Assembly (NCBI RefSeq): GCF_006345805.1
Contig: NC_043003.1
Coordinates: 11,160,001 to 11,224,000 of the forward strand
DNA: 64,000 nt
From: Octopus sinensis
Lineage: Eukaryota
Direction of reading: 5' to 3'
Part shown: positions 14,416 through 28,187 of the stretch, in pieces
How the letters are laid out: each line of letters starts with the position of its first letter
Position numbering within the stretch: the first letter of the stretch is position 1
Position numbers and translations under genes: made by a program
Notes under the pieces: model-generated
The model's input: the letters and a program-made list of their open reading frames with translations, nothing else
Database searches by the model: none
Told to the model about the DNA's origin: nothing

Positions 14416-14902
14416 CACACACAAGGTATCACTTCCACCAAAATATATCCCCCATCACCACCACCACCCACCCCACCCCACCCGTCTTCCCCACCCACCC
14501 CACCCAGCTTCTCGACTTCGTTAAAATACTTTGATTTAAAACTCAGCTATTTTCTTGTCTGTCTCCTTCCTAAGTCTTCATCTGGTTCACTGCCAAATTG
14601 CAAAAACAGGGAAAAATTTCTATGAAACCAATTCCGAGAGAGAAGCTGTCACAGTTCACATTGGAATGGTTTTGATTTTATAATGAAACAATTCTTCGGA
14701 ATTTGATGACTTTTTAGATTACGGCAAACCAAATTACTTCTGGTGCGTTTCCAGCAACAGCGCTTTATCTTGTTTTAGATCAAGGCCTGACGTACCATTT
14801 TGTGGAATAAATTTCTCCGGAACCATTCATGATTTATTGATGTATCAGAACAATGTACAATATGTCACTCTAATTCGCTAATGTATTTTACATGATGTTG
14901 CA

Positions 14903-15035
14903 AAAACAACAACAACAACGACAACAACAACAGTAATATGATAACAACAACAACAACAATAATAATAATAACAATAATAATAATGATGATGATGATAATA
15001 ATAATAATAATAATAATAATGATAACAACAACAAT

Positions 15036-15089
<54 letters not shown>

Positions 15090-15302
15090 AATAATAATAA
15101 TAATAATATTAATAATAATAATAATAACAATAATAATAATACTAACAACAACAACAACAACAATAATAATAATAATGATAGTTGTTTTTGTTGCTGTTGT
15201 TGTTGTTGTAACAGTAACAATGGCAGCTGTAGCAAAATAACAATTGCAGCAATGGAGAAGATAGTGATTATGAAGATGATGATGATGATGATGTGGATGA
15301 TG

Positions 15303-15340
<38 letters not shown>

Positions 15341-15915
15341 AGTGGTGGTGGTGACGATGATAATGACAGTGATAATAGTGATGGAGATGATGGTGTCAAT
15401 GATAATGATGGTAATGATGATGGTGATGATGTTGATGATGACGATGGTAACGATGATGATAATGATGATTGCAATTATGACAATGAAGATGAGGATAATG
15501 ATTGATGACAATGCTGTTGCTGTTATTGCTGCTAATGATGGTGGTGGTGATGATGATGGTGATGACAATGATTACAACACTGATGATGACGGTGAGGAGG
15601 AGGAGGAGGATGAAGAAGAGGATGTTAGTGAAGATGATGATGATGATGTTCATGATGATAATGATACTAATGATTGACAGCGATGATGACCACGACAATG
15701 ATAATGTTGATGCTGATAATGATGATGAAGATGATGATGATGATGATCACGATAACACTGTGATGTTGATGACAATGATGATGACAACGACGACGATGAT
15801 AATGTCAACAATGATGATGATAACGATAATGATGACAGTGAAAATGACATTTCTGCTGCTGCTGCTACTACTACTACTACTGCTGCTGCCCCCTTTTCCT
15901 CCTGATGCTGCTGCT
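14903..15915. repeat. Compound trinucleotide island (AAC/AAT/GAT/GGT/CTA)
   Basis: Mosaic triplet repeats, open as poly-M/D/I/T in several frames on both strands. Confidence 0.9.
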
Positions 15916-16124
15916 ACTGCTGTAGATGATTTCTCACTTTGGCACAAAATCCCCGATCTGTTACACCTCTGCCATTCTTTGGTCCTCAACTCTGCAACCT
16001 CCACTTCCTCACCATTCCCGTATTTCTTTTGGCATAAAGTCACATTTGTAAAGCAATTAAGTGTTGTTCATTAACTTAAACAGGGTGTAATTACTGGTAT
16101 TATTTATTAACACCAGAAAGTAGG

Positions 16125-16520
16125 GGGGCAGGCATGGCTGAGTGGTAAAACATTGGCTTTCTGACCATGTGGTTCTGGGTTCAGTCCCATGGCGTGGCAC
16201 CTTGAGTAATTGTCTTCTACCATAGCCTTGAACCAAAGCATTGTGAGTGGGTTTAGTGGATGGAAACTGAAAGAAGATGGTGAGCTGGCAGAGTCGTTAG
16301 CATGCTGGGCAAAATGCTTAGCGGTGTTTCATCTGCCATTATGTTCTGAGTTCAAATTCTGCCAGGTCGACTTTACCTTTCATCCTTTCGGGGTCGATAA
16401 ATTAAGTACCAGTTACACACTGGGGTCGATGTAATTGACTTAATCTGTCCTTGTATGTCCCCTCTATGTTTAGCCCCTTGTGGGTAATAAAGAAATAGGA
16501 AACTGAAAGAAGCCCATCAT
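16125..16520 (+). mobile_element. SINE family A copy interrupted by a SINE family B insertion (about 16273-16498)
   Basis: ggaaactgaaag flanks the B element on both sides (about 16262 and 16499). Confidence 0.8.
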
Positions 16521-17393
16521 GTGTGTGTCTCTGTCCTGTGTTCTCAACTCTGGGCTGTTTTTCCTGCTTCTTCCGAGTTAGGTCCTAGTTTTTCCAGCTC
16601 TCCCTCAGTTTCCTGCCTCCAGCTACTTTCAGTGTACCCTCTGAATATGTACCAGTCAACTACTGGGGGTGGGGTCAGTGTAATCAACCAGCCCCCTCCC
16701 CTCAAAATGTCTGGCCTTGTACCTTTTGGAGAAAGGATTATTTTAAATGTGTCACACTGGCAGAATTGTTAATGCTTTGGACAAAATGTTCTATGGCATT
16801 TCTTCTGGTTCGGAACATTCTGAGTTCAAATTCCACCAAAGTCATTTTTGTCTTATGTCCTTTCAGGGTCAATGAAATAAAGTACCGGTTGAGAACTAGT
16901 GGGGGGGGGGGATGTCATCTAAAATTGCTGGCCTTGTGCCAAAATTTGAAACAATTATTTTCTTATTATTGAAGTTACCTGATATTGGTGCCACTCAATT
17001 AAGAACCAAAGAGGGAGGCTCTATGCAGTCATTCAAACTGCCAGAAACAGCAGTTAAATCTCTCATAACTCACGTTCAGCCATCTTAAAAGCATATGAAA
17101 GGGCACCTTAGAGGATGTAGATACAGAAACCTCAAAATAATATGGGATGGTCACTGTTGGAAGGCTTTGTTTGCTTTGTTATCAGTAACCTGAGACTAAG
17201 CATCAACAGTCATTCAATTAAAAGACACTTACCTAAGGTGCCACATAGTGGGACTGAACCCAAGACCCCAAGGCTGGGAAGCAAGCTTCTTAACCACACA
17301 GCCATCCCTACATCTATCGTTTTTAAGTTTCCCTTAGAAAAATGATAAATTACATTTTTGTATTTAAACCTTTGACCTGGACTCACAATATCT

Positions 17394-17641
17394 GTGGAGG
17401 CACATGGCTTAGTGGTTAGGGTGTCAGAGTTGTAATCATAAGATTGTGGTTTCAATTCCTGGACCAGGTGATGCATTGTGTTCTTGATCAAAACACTTCA
17501 TTTCACATTGCCCTAGTCCACTCAGCTGGCAAAAGTGAGTAACGCTGCGATGGACTGACATCCCATCCAGGTGGGGAATATACACACCATAAAACCGGCC
17601 ATTATGAGCCAGTATGACTCAAAAAGGTAATCTTTACCTTC
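17394..17641 (+). mobile_element. tRNA-derived SINE family C
   Basis: Box A tggcttagtgg and box B ggtttcaattcc; related copies near 12400, 28190 and 62065, and on the minus strand near 5200-5400 and 60350. Confidence 0.8.
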
Positions 17642-17734
17642 GTATTTTACTCATGATATTCGATGACCCAACAAGCCAGTTTCATATATACGGCATTGTC
17701 ACAATTGTTTTTCTTAAACCAATTCTTATTTCTT

Positions 17735-17960
17735 TATTGCCCACAAGGGGCTAAACATATAGGGGACAAATAAGGACATACAAAGGGATTAAGTCAATTA
17801 CATCGACCCCAGTGCATAACTGGTACTTAATTTATTGACTCTGAAAGGATGAAAGGCAAACTCGACCTCATCGGAATTTGAACTCAGAACATAACGGCAG
17901 ACGAAATACTGCTAAGCATTTTGCCCACCGTGCTAACGTTTCTGCCAGCTCACCACCTTA
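17735..17960 (-). mobile_element. SINE family B, full length, with about 16-bp TSD
   Basis: Reverse complement of the B consensus; flanks ttcttaaaccaattct and ttcttagaccaattct. Confidence 0.8.
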
Positions 17961-20900
17961 AATTCTTAGACCAATTCTGTGAGTTAACCTCAATTATTTG
18001 CTAATCCTCTCCAAAGCCAAACTGTTCACTACATTGGTCTTCTGAGGCATTTGTCTTTCCTCTCATCATTCCTGATGAGTCTCATTCTTCAGACACCACA
18101 CATAAGACTTTTCTCGATCCATTCTCTTCAGAGTTGTGATCTGCAGAGAATTACCCTTGGGTTATGTTTGTGCTTGAAAAGCCTCGTCAAGCCAAATGAA
18201 ACCGTAGTCATGGTCATTGCCAGTGTCATGTAAATGGCCCCTGTGAAATCATATTTATGGCCGCTGCCAGTGTCATGGAAATGGCCCCTACTTTCTGGTG
18301 TGAATAAATAATACCAGTAATTACACCCAGTTTAAGTTAAGGAACAACACGTAAAAAGCATTCATCACATTATTTAAAGTGGTTGGCGTTAGGAATGGCA
18401 TCCAGCCGTAGAAACCATACCAAATCAGATTGGAATCTGGTTCAGTTCTCTGGTTTACCAGTTCCAGTAAAACTGTCTAACCCATACCAGCATGGAAAGC
18501 AGACGTTAAATGACGATGATGATCATCATCATCATCCACATCAATCATAATAGTTTGGCAGGTTGAGAGGTCCTGAAAAGGTCATAAAATACTGCTCCCA
18601 TGCTTTCTTCATCCACCCATCCACCCATCCATTCATGCACTCATCAATCCAACCACTCACCCATTTATGCACCCACCCATCCATCCAGCCAGCCAGTCAG
18701 CCATTTTTGCCACCATTATTCCAGAGAGAGGAGTAGAATCCTGAAGTACCTCCTCCCCAGAATCCTATCAGAAGCAACCATCATTAAACTTTCTGGTTGG
18801 ATTCTCAAGCTTGACCAACTGAGGCTATGGATCTTATTCAACCATCTCATTCTTGGTCTACCTTTAAGTCTCCTGTTGTTTGGCTCAGCTTGAAGAAGAA
18901 TTTGTCTTTCAGTCTTTTCCTAGGACATTCTAATCACATGTCCATAGTACAAGAGCTGTGCCCTGATCTCTGAGCTACAAACCCCTTTGAATAACATCAC
19001 CCCAGAGACCCATTGGTGAGGAAAAAAGTATTTCAGCAGAACATGACTTCATTCATCATCATCATCATCATTTAACGTCCGTTTTCCATACTAGCATGGG
19101 TTGGATGGTTCAACCGGGGTCTGGGAAGCCAAGAGGCTGCACCAGGCTCCAGTCTGATCTGGTAGTGTTTCTATAGCTGGATGCCCTTCCTAACGCCAAC
19201 CACTCCATGAGTGTAGTGGGTGCTTTTTACATGCCACCGGCACAGGTGCCAGGGGAGGCTGACAACGGCCACAATCGGTTGGTGCTTTTTACGTGAAGAA
19301 CATCATCATCATTGTCATCATCTTCATCATCATTGTTATCATCTTCATCATCATTGTAATTACCATCATCATCATCATCATACTCATTTAACGTCTACTT
19401 TTCTGTACTGGCATGGGTCGGATGGTTTGCTAAGACCAGATGAACCAGAGGCTGTACCAAGATTCACTGTCTGCTTTGACTTGGTTGACATGAAAGGAGG
19501 GTCACTATCCTATCACATTACTATTCTAATTTGTTGTTGTTGTTCTTGTTCTTCTATCTGCAGTAATTTTGTGTGCCATCAACTTGTTTGTGTTAATTAC
19601 AATCCATTTTAATAAGCAAGAATATGCTGCTGTGATGTTTATATCAATACCAAGAATAATTTTAAATTTTGGCACCAGGCCAGTAATTTTAGGAAGGAGT
19701 AAGTTAGTTACAGCAACCCCAGTGCATAACTGGTACTTATGTTATCGACCCTGAAAGGGTGAAAAGCAAAGTCAGCCCCCGTGGGATTTGAACATAAAGA
19801 CAGACAAAGCACCATAAGTCTTTAACTTGGCATGCTAATGATTCTGCCAGCGCTTTTATGCTACTCATCACAACCAAAAATATTGGTTTCAAATTTTAGC
19901 CCAAGGCCAGCAAGTTCAGGGCAGGTAGTAAGTCGATTACATCACCCCCCAGTACACAACTGGTACTTATTTTATTAACCTTGAAAAGATGAAAGACAAA
20001 GTCAACCACAACCGAATTTGAACTCAGAATATAAAAATAGGCAAAATGCCACTAAGCATTTTTGCCTGGCATGCTAACAACTCTGCCAGCTCTTTTATGC
20101 TACTTTTTGGTTTTGCAAGGTACTTGGTGACCCTGTCAGTGCAGGTGCCACATAAAAGCACCTAGTTCACACTGTAAAGTGGTTGGTGTTAGGAAGGGCA
20201 TCCAGCTGTAAAAACCTCGCCAAAACTGACCTCGCTTGTGCTTGTGCCACGTAAAAAGCACGAAGTCCATTTTGCTGAGTGGTTGGTGTTATGAAGGGCA
20301 TCCAGCTGTAAAAATCCTGCCAAAACAGTCACAGAAGTCTGGTACAGGCTTCTGCCTGGCCAGCTCTTATGAAACAATCACACCCATGCAAGCATGGAAG
20401 GCTGATGTTAAACGATGATGATGATAATAATGATGATGGTGATGATGGTGAACCACTGCCAGGGATATAAGTAGCATAAAAGAATTGAAATAGTTTCAAC
20501 CAGGAGTCAAATGCGACACATACTTCACTGGAAAGAGACTGTTCATATTGTACAATGTCCAATCGTAGCTAGAATTATCAATCATTAAAATACTATAGAA
20601 AATTACTATGTGGAAAATATAAATTGACACATGGAATGGAATAATAAATAGTTCCTCAGAGTTGCGTGTGTGTGTGTACCTGCATCTGCATGTCTACGTT
20701 TGTGTGTCTACGTTTGTGTGTAGATGTGTTATTTGTTGGCCTAATTCAGTCTCTGCTAAATTTATGTAAAGATAACAATAGGCAACTTTCTTAAAAGTAC
20801 ACACCATATAAATGTATTTGTGAAATTATGTTAATGGTACTTTAGTATAAACCGCACACCAACCAGCCAGAACAAATTACTTCTCTATGCGTCTTACTTC

Positions 20901-21599
20901 CTTTATTTCAATGATCCATGACAATATAAAGAGCAGTGTTCAGTATAAATCTGGTTTATTTCATCTCAATATCCTGCTACAATAAAGAACACTGAAAGCT
21001 ATTTGAGATTTTTGATAAAAGAAAATATTTATTTTTATCATAAACGAAAAAAATGTAGCCGTTACTATGAACGACAAATACTGAGATAGTCCAAAGCTGA
21101 TTCTTCTTGGACTACGTATGATAATAGTCGGTGTTGTGGGTTCCTTCATGTTAACTGATCATTGTGTGTTGCTGTCGCTTTCCATCCATTGTTTTAGTGT
21201 TGTCACAGCACTCTGGCCTCTTGCTGGTTCTGCTACTGTCTCAGGTCTACTGTCCACCATCTGTTAGTAGTGGCTAAAATGCACTGTATATAATAGTGGT
21301 GGTCTTGCTCAGAAAATTGTTGTAAGGTCCAGTTCCACACAGAGTCTTGAATGGTCAGATTTTTTTATGATGTTAATTTTCTAGCAAATCACTATCATAT
21401 TCTTGACTTTTTTTTTCTTTTTTTTTGTATCATTTATAGGGATCCGGTTTTGATTGCTAAATATTCTTGCTACAGTCCTTACATGTCACACATTCACTAT
21501 ATCTTCATAAAAGCTGTAAATATCCACATAGCTTTTAACAATAATTTCACACCCAGTCCCAACACAAGCATAAGATTTACAATTTCATGTTGAACACCA

Positions 21600-21985
21600 T
21601 TCTTTTATTCTTTTACTTGTTTCAGTCATTTGACTGCGACCATGCTGGAACACCGCCTTTAGTCGAGCAAATCGACCCCAGCACTCATTCTTTGTAAGCC
21701 TAGTACTTATTCTATCAGTCTCTTTTGCTGAACCGCTATGTTACGGGGACGTAAACACACCAACATTGGTTGCCAAGCGATGGTGGTGGTGACAATCACC
21801 GACACACAAACACACATATATACGATGGGCTTCTTTCAGTTTCCATCTGCCAAATCCACTCACAAGGATTTGGTTGGCCTGAGGCTATAGTAGAAGACAC
21901 TTGCCCAAGGTACCACGCAGTGGGACTGAACCTGGAACCATGTGGTTGGTAAGCAAGCTTCTTACCTCACAGCCACACCTGCTCC
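21600..21985 (-). mobile_element. SINE family A (tRNA-related head, CORE-like ACCTTGGGCAAG centre), full length
   Basis: Reverse complement of the copies at 24400-24790, 36765-37190 and 47512-47955; many partial copies elsewhere. CORE assignment is from recall. Confidence 0.85.
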
Positions 21986-22093
21986 TATATAAACCATTTT
22001 CCTTTTCTTTTTAGGATTATACATTTAAATTCACGATTTACATCAGTCCCAGAATTGATAATTTTTGTACAGACAAAAGTATACCATATCACT

Positions 22094-22145
22094 GACAGTG
22101 ACTTCGGAGTTTCAACCAGCTAAGTCATCATCAGACTACAATGCA
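22094..22145 (-). ncRNA. Minimal type-I hammerhead ribozyme motif (degenerate)
   Basis: GTAGT-CTGATGA-T-GAC..GTT-GAAA-CT(CCGA)AG-TC-ACTGT; GUC cleavage triplet, stems I-III can form. Confidence 0.55.
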
Positions 22146-22787
22146 TTGAAGTTAATCCTGGTTTTACATCGTCCCTGTTTAGTTAAATTCTTCCTGTAGT
22201 ATGTGTATAGATATATGTATGTATGTGTATATGTAAGATGTAAAAAGGTTGTGTCTGTGGAGGTATTAAGGAATATTCATTCCTAAACCATCAAAGAATA
22301 GTATTTTGTCTCTGACATGACAAATTCTTTAGGATCTCTGACAGTCCACATTATGATCAACTGAATGAATGTTTGAATCGTTAACAAACTCTCTAACAAT
22401 TAAACATCTTATCTGATTAGTTGGTCGATCACCTCCACCTTCATATTTCTATAGAGATTGTTTCTTTTAGAGTTTTCAATAACCTGAATTAAAGATAAGA
22501 GCAAAGATAGCAGAAGAGACAGGCTCAGGTTGAAAGAGATAGAAAGAAGCTGCAAAGGGAGACAAATCTAGAGAGAGATATAACTCAGTCAGATAAATTG
22601 GCTTTTTTTTCCTTTTTTTCTTCTTCTTGACACTCCATTGTAAAATTGTCTGTAAAATGGCAAAATTTATTCAAATTTCAAAAACGATGAATGAAAGTCA
22701 AATTTTGCCAAGATCAACTTTGCCTTTCTTTCTATCTATCTATCTATCCAACTATCTGTCTGTCTGTCCATCCATCCATCTTTATCC

Positions 22788-22834
<47 letters not shown>

Positions 22835-22885
22835 CAACTATCTGTCTGTCTGTCCATCCATCCATCTTTATCCATCTATCTATCT

Positions 22886-22916
<31 letters not shown>

Positions 22917-22920
22917 TATC

Positions 22921-22988
<68 letters not shown>

Positions 22989-23539
22989 TTCTATCTTTAT
23001 CTATCTTTTTCTATCTTTATCTATCTATCAAAGGGAGACAGATCTAGAGAGAGATATAACTCAGTCAGATAAATTGGTTTTTTCCTTTTTTTCATATTTT
23101 TTTCTCCTTGACACTTCATAGTCATATGTCTGTAAAATGGCAAAATTTATTCAAATTTCAAAAATGATGAATGTAAGTTGTAGAGGAAGAATAAAGCTAC
23201 CAAATATTGGTTTCAAATTTAGGCACAAAACCAGCAATTTCAGGAGAGGAGGGAATTCGTTACATTGACCCCAATGTTCAACTGGTACTTATTTTATCAG
23301 TCATGAAAAAATGAAAGGCAAAGTTGACCTTGGCAGAATTTGACCTTGGAATATAAAGATGGATGAAATGCTGTTAAACACATTGTCCTGCATGGTAACA
23401 ATTCTGCCAGCTCAATGCGTTACATGTCTTAAATATTAGTCTGAAAATTTGGTACAAGGCTAGCAATTTTAAGGGAGTTGGGTGAGTTTTTACATCCAAC
23501 CCCAATATTCAACAGGTATTTATTTTATCAACCCCAGAA

Positions 23540-24110
23540 AAACCTGGGACGAGGTGATGAAGCCGGCCTTCAAACATTAGGTCTCACCGAGGCATTGGCT
23601 AGTGACCGAGACCTTTGGAAATATGCTGTGCGTGAGAAGACCCAGCAGGACAAGTGAGACCATAACCCATGGCCTTTACCTGGGATGGAGCCAGTCCACT
23701 TATGCATACCTTTCCTTCGTGGGACACAAAACTCTGCTTGTGAAGACCTGTTGAGGCAAGTGAATTTGAAATCGATTAAAAAATCAATGGAAATTGTAGT
23801 TGTGATACCAGTGCCGGTGGCACGTAAAAGAACCATCCGAACGTGGCCATTGCCAGTGCCACCTCAACTGGCCTCCATGTCGGTGGCACATAAAAAGAAC
23901 CAACCGATTGTGGCTGTTGCCAACCTAGCCTGGCATGTGAAAAGCACCCACTACACTCATGGAGTGGTTGGCATTAGGAAGGACAGCCAGCTGTAGAAAC
24001 ACTGCAAGATCAGACTAGAGCCTGGTGCAGCCTCCTGGCTTCCCAGACCCCAGTTGTACCGTCCAACCCATGCTAGCTTGGAAAACGGACGTTAAACGAT
24101 GATGATGATG
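23540..24110 (+). mobile_element. Short 5'-truncated RTE copy (ORF2 end, 3' UTR, (GAT)n tail)
   Basis: aaaacctgggacgaggtg...gacctttggaaatatgctgtgcgtgagaagacc matches 46245-46370; ends ggacgttaaacgatgatgat. Confidence 0.85.
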
Positions 24111-24399
24111 AACCCTGAAAGGATGAAAGGCAAAATTGACCTCGGTGGAATTTGTTTTTAAGCCAGTTTACAATTCGTGTACTATTGGTCCGGAAACTTA
24201 TTGTATCTTGTTAATTATCTCTCAAATGTGTCATCTAATGATTCCTTGTTCAATTTTTGTGCAGTTAATGATTCAAATTATGAAACCATCAACAAAATTT
24301 TACTTATGGGCATTGACGGTTATCTAGGGTTGTATTTTTCAGATAGATATATTACTTCTCCCGCTTTGGTGTATAGATAAAGGGCTATATTTTGGTGCC

Positions 24400-24560
24400 A
24401 TTGTTTTGGGGATTGCTTACCAACCACATGGTTCTGGGTTCAGTCCCACTGCGTGGTACCTTGGGCAAGTGTCTTCTACTATAGCCTCGGGCTGACCAAA
24501 GCTTTGTGAGTGGATTTGGTAGATGGAAACTGAAAGAAGCCCGTCGTATATATATATATG

Positions 24561-24591
<31 letters not shown>

Positions 24592-24790
24592 TTGTGTGGC
24601 TGTGTTTATTCCCCCCAACATCGCTTGACAACCGATGCTGATGTGTTTGCGTCCCTGTAACTTAGTGGTTCGGCAAAAGAGACTGATAGAATAAGTACTA
24701 GGCTTACAAAGAATAAGTCTTGGGGTCGATTTGCTCGACTAAAGGCGGTGCTCCAGCATGGCCACAGTCAGATGACTGAAACAAGTAAAA
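24400..24790 (+). mobile_element. SINE family A copy
   Basis: Matches the other family A copies through the ...gactgaaacaagtaaaag tail. Confidence 0.85.
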
Positions 24791-24899
24791 GAATAAGAGA
24801 GTAGAGAGAGATAGCAGTGTAGTTCGTTAGTAGGCTGTTGTATGATTCACAGTAAATTTCATTCTTATTTTCTTTTTTCCCTTTACAAATAAATTGTAT

Positions 24900-25210
24900 G
24901 ACTCTGAGATATCTCTCAGATTTCTTGCCAGTAACTATTGGAAGGTGTGGTGAGATATTTTCTTGAATTTTTGCTTTTAATCTTTTTGAAGATATTGATT
25001 TCTAAAGGTTCAAGGAGTTCGTTGTTTGGTGGGCATTTTCTAGTTCTGAAACTGATTGTCATGTCCAGTAGCATTTTGTCATTTCCTTTGCCAAAGAAGC
25101 ATCACATCTAATGCATTTTTCTTTGACAAAGTCTTCTGTGTGGAACACAGACAACTCAAGGGAAGCGTTTGTGTGTTGATATTCCAGTGGTTTCGATTAG
25201 AAAATCCATA
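24900..25210 (-). pseudogene. Penelope-like element ORF N-terminal fragment
   Basis: TEDFVK/KMH*M*CFFG...SFRTRKCPPNNELLEPLEINIFKKIKS resembles the PLE pattern TEDFIKRMRWKAFFF...F(K/R)(S/T)RKCPP..EL.PFE (recalled); stops and a frameshift. Confidence 0.65.
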
Positions 25211-26268
25211 TAACGTAGGCGTTCACTTTCCAGATGTTATGCTTTGTGTTTAACACGTAGAGGGAACTTCTCTGAATAAGGGTCAGTGTAATGGCATTTT
25301 AAAGCAGTTGTAGACCATGAGGGGAGTCAATGCTTGTTAATAAAGTGCTAACATAAATAAAATATATATACACATATAAATATATGCATATATGTGTGTG
25401 TGTGTATGCCTGTGTAAATATATACATATCTGTCTGATATCTATCTGCCTGCCTATCCATCTATCTATCCATCCATCCATGTATCTATCTATCTATCTAT
25501 CTATTTGTCTATTTATCTAACTATCCATCCAACCTTCTATCTGTCTGTCTGTCTGTCTATCTATCCATCTATTTATCTATCTACCACTCTATCTATCTAT
25601 CTATCTATCCATCAATTCATTCATCCATCTATCTTTCTATCTATCTATCTGTCTATCTATCTATCTTTCTATCTATCTATCTATCCTTCTATCTATATAT
25701 CTGTCTATCTTTATCTATCCTTCTTTCTATATATCTATCTATCTTTATCTATCTATCTACCTACCCATCTATCTATCTCCTGCATGTGTGTATGTATTTA
25801 TGTAAAAGCACTTGTGGCAATGCCACATAAAAGTACCCATGTGGTACCTTGTAAAAGCACCCTTTTCAGTACCTCGTAAAAGCAGGGTTGGTGTTAGGAA
25901 GGGAATCCAGCCATAGAAACCATGCAAAATCAGACTGGAGTCTGGTGCAGCTCCACAACTTACCAGCTCTGGTCAAGCCATCCAAGCCATGGACAACAGA
26001 TATTAAATGATGATGATGATGATGATGTGTGTGTGTACTTATATATATATATAGGCACCCACCCATAACCCACCCACCCATCCCCACACACACCCAAGGC
26101 ATATTCCAAAAGTAATGCAAAAGTGTTCATGTTCATAATCATTTTGTTAACTGACCAACGGTCATTGAAATTGCACATGTTGATGGAAGAACTCTTTACC
26201 TGTAAAGAATGGCTTCCAAGCAGAAGCAAAACACAAGCTTTGAGTTCTTGATGGAGGAGGGTTGCAAG

Positions 26269-26447
26269 CACTAGTGTAGCTAGGGCTGGCTGGAGTAGTA
26301 GGGGCGGTCCACTCTGGGTGGCACTTTTGGGTCTGCTGTAAGCAATATGTGCTTTTTGTGGGGTCTGGGGGTGGCAAATGGAAGGGCCACCCGGGGCAGC
26401 AAACAGAAGGGCCACTCAGGGCAGAACATACTCTAGCTACACTAGTG
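26269..26447. mobile_element. 179-bp MITE with perfect 15-bp terminal inverted repeats
   Basis: cactagtgtagctag (26269-26283) and ctagctacactagtg (26433-26447). Confidence 0.75.
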
Positions 26448-27107
26448 GTTGCAGGGTGTCCGATGTCCACTGAGGGCTACAGGTTGTTTACAAATATGAT
26501 ACCATTAACAGAAGTAATGTGCACAGATGAATGGAAAAATGTTAAAAACAAAAACCCAAAAAAAAAGAACTCTGTGTGATACAAGTGGGACTGAACCCAA
26601 AACCACATGGCCAGAAAGCAAACATCTTACCACACAGCCATGGCTGCACAAAAATAAATGAAAAAAAGCCAAACAAACAACAGAAGGTACAGCTTTCAAA
26701 TCTCCACATAAATAACAAGTTCACTGATCAATCATTAACATTTAATCCTTAACATTTAATCATTAACATTCAATCATTAAGATTACTTGAAATGATTGAT
26801 TTGAAAGTTATTACAAAGTCAGAAAGTAGATTTCTTCAAGACATCTTCACCAACTTTTCTACAACACAATGTCTTCTCCTGAAGACTTATAAAACCAGAC
26901 TTTATCAGTAAAAAGTAATTAGTGTTTGGTTTTATTTTTTTAGTATTTGTTGGTATTTTGCTCATTTTGTCTCAAATGTTTTTGGTCTTCCTTTTTTCCT
27001 TCCTCTCCTCCTTTCTCTCCACAATCTTTCTTTACATATTTCTTTATGTCTGGCTGGATATCAAGCATTGTCTATCTGTCTGTCTGTCTCTATCACTGTC
27101 ACTCTTG

Positions 27108-27139
<32 letters not shown>

Positions 27140-27288
27140 ACATGCACACACAATATATATTTACACACACACACACACACAGATCATCATCATCCTCATC
27201 ATAGTCTTGATAGTCTTGATGGATACTTTTCCATGCTTGCATAGAATGGACATACATATGTTTGTATTTGTGTGTGTGTGTGTGTATG

Positions 27289-27338
<50 letters not shown>

Positions 27339-28092
27339 TATATACACATATATACACATACACACACATATATAAATATATTTATAAATACATTACATAT
27401 ATATATGGACAGATAGATATATACATATATACATACATATATACACACACATTTGTATACATATATCTATGCATACACACACGTGCGCACACACACGCAC
27501 ACACCACACACACACACAGATGTGCACACATAACCTGTGTATATTCTATCTATATTTATCTATCAATCAATCTGTCTGTGGATTGCTATCAATATCTGTC
27601 TATGTTTCCATGTATATATTTGTCCAAGCATCACAGGGGATTATCTTTTCCTTATTATTTCCACTGGTTTCATTTCCATATAAATTTTCGGACATTTGAA
27701 AGTGTACGGAGCTGATTGCTGCACCTAATACAACCTTGTTAACTCTGAATTAGAAATTACATAGATACACACAAGTATATATATATATATATATATATAT
27801 ATCATCATCATTTAACGTCCGCTTTCCATGCTAGCATGGGTTGGACGATGTGACTGCGGTCTGGCGAACCAGACTCCACTCTTATCTGGCAGAGTTTCTA
27901 CAGCTGGATGCTCTTCCTAATGCCAACCACTCCGAGAGTGTAGTGGGTGCTTTTACATGCTACCAGCACGAGGGCCAGTTTGATGGTACTGGCAACGGTT
28001 ACGCCCAAATTGTGCTTTTTATGTGCCACCTGCACAGGAGCCAGTCTAGCGGCACTAGCGACGACCTCGCTCGAATATTTAAAGTTATATAG

Positions 28093-28174
28093 TAGCAGCA
28101 GTGGGATTCGAACCCACTCCTCCAAAGAGACTGGTCCCTAAAACCAGCGCCTTAGACCACTCGGCCACACTGTA
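28093..28174 (-). tRNA. tRNA-Leu(TAG)-like, 82 nt, probable pseudogene
   Basis: TACAGTGTGGCCGAGTGGTCTAAGGCGCTGGTTTTAGGGACCAGTCTCTTTGGAGGAGTGGGTTCGAATCCCACTGCTGCTA; anticodon arm CTGGT-TT-TAG-GG-ACCAG, long variable arm, intact boxes A and B; acceptor pairs 1-72 and 2-71 mismatched; no T4 terminator nearby. Confidence 0.85.
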
Positions 28175-28187
28175 TGTATGTATGTAT

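Noticed and set aside
21160-21350. Possible terminal exon or lectin-like WWTVDL motif on the minus strand
   Set aside because: All frames are short and stop-interrupted, with a weak acceptor; a six-residue motif is not enough.
22016-22125. SH2-like FTSVPELI peptide after a strong plus-strand acceptor
   Set aside because: Frame ends at a stop with no donor; the region is better explained by the minus-strand hammerhead remnant.
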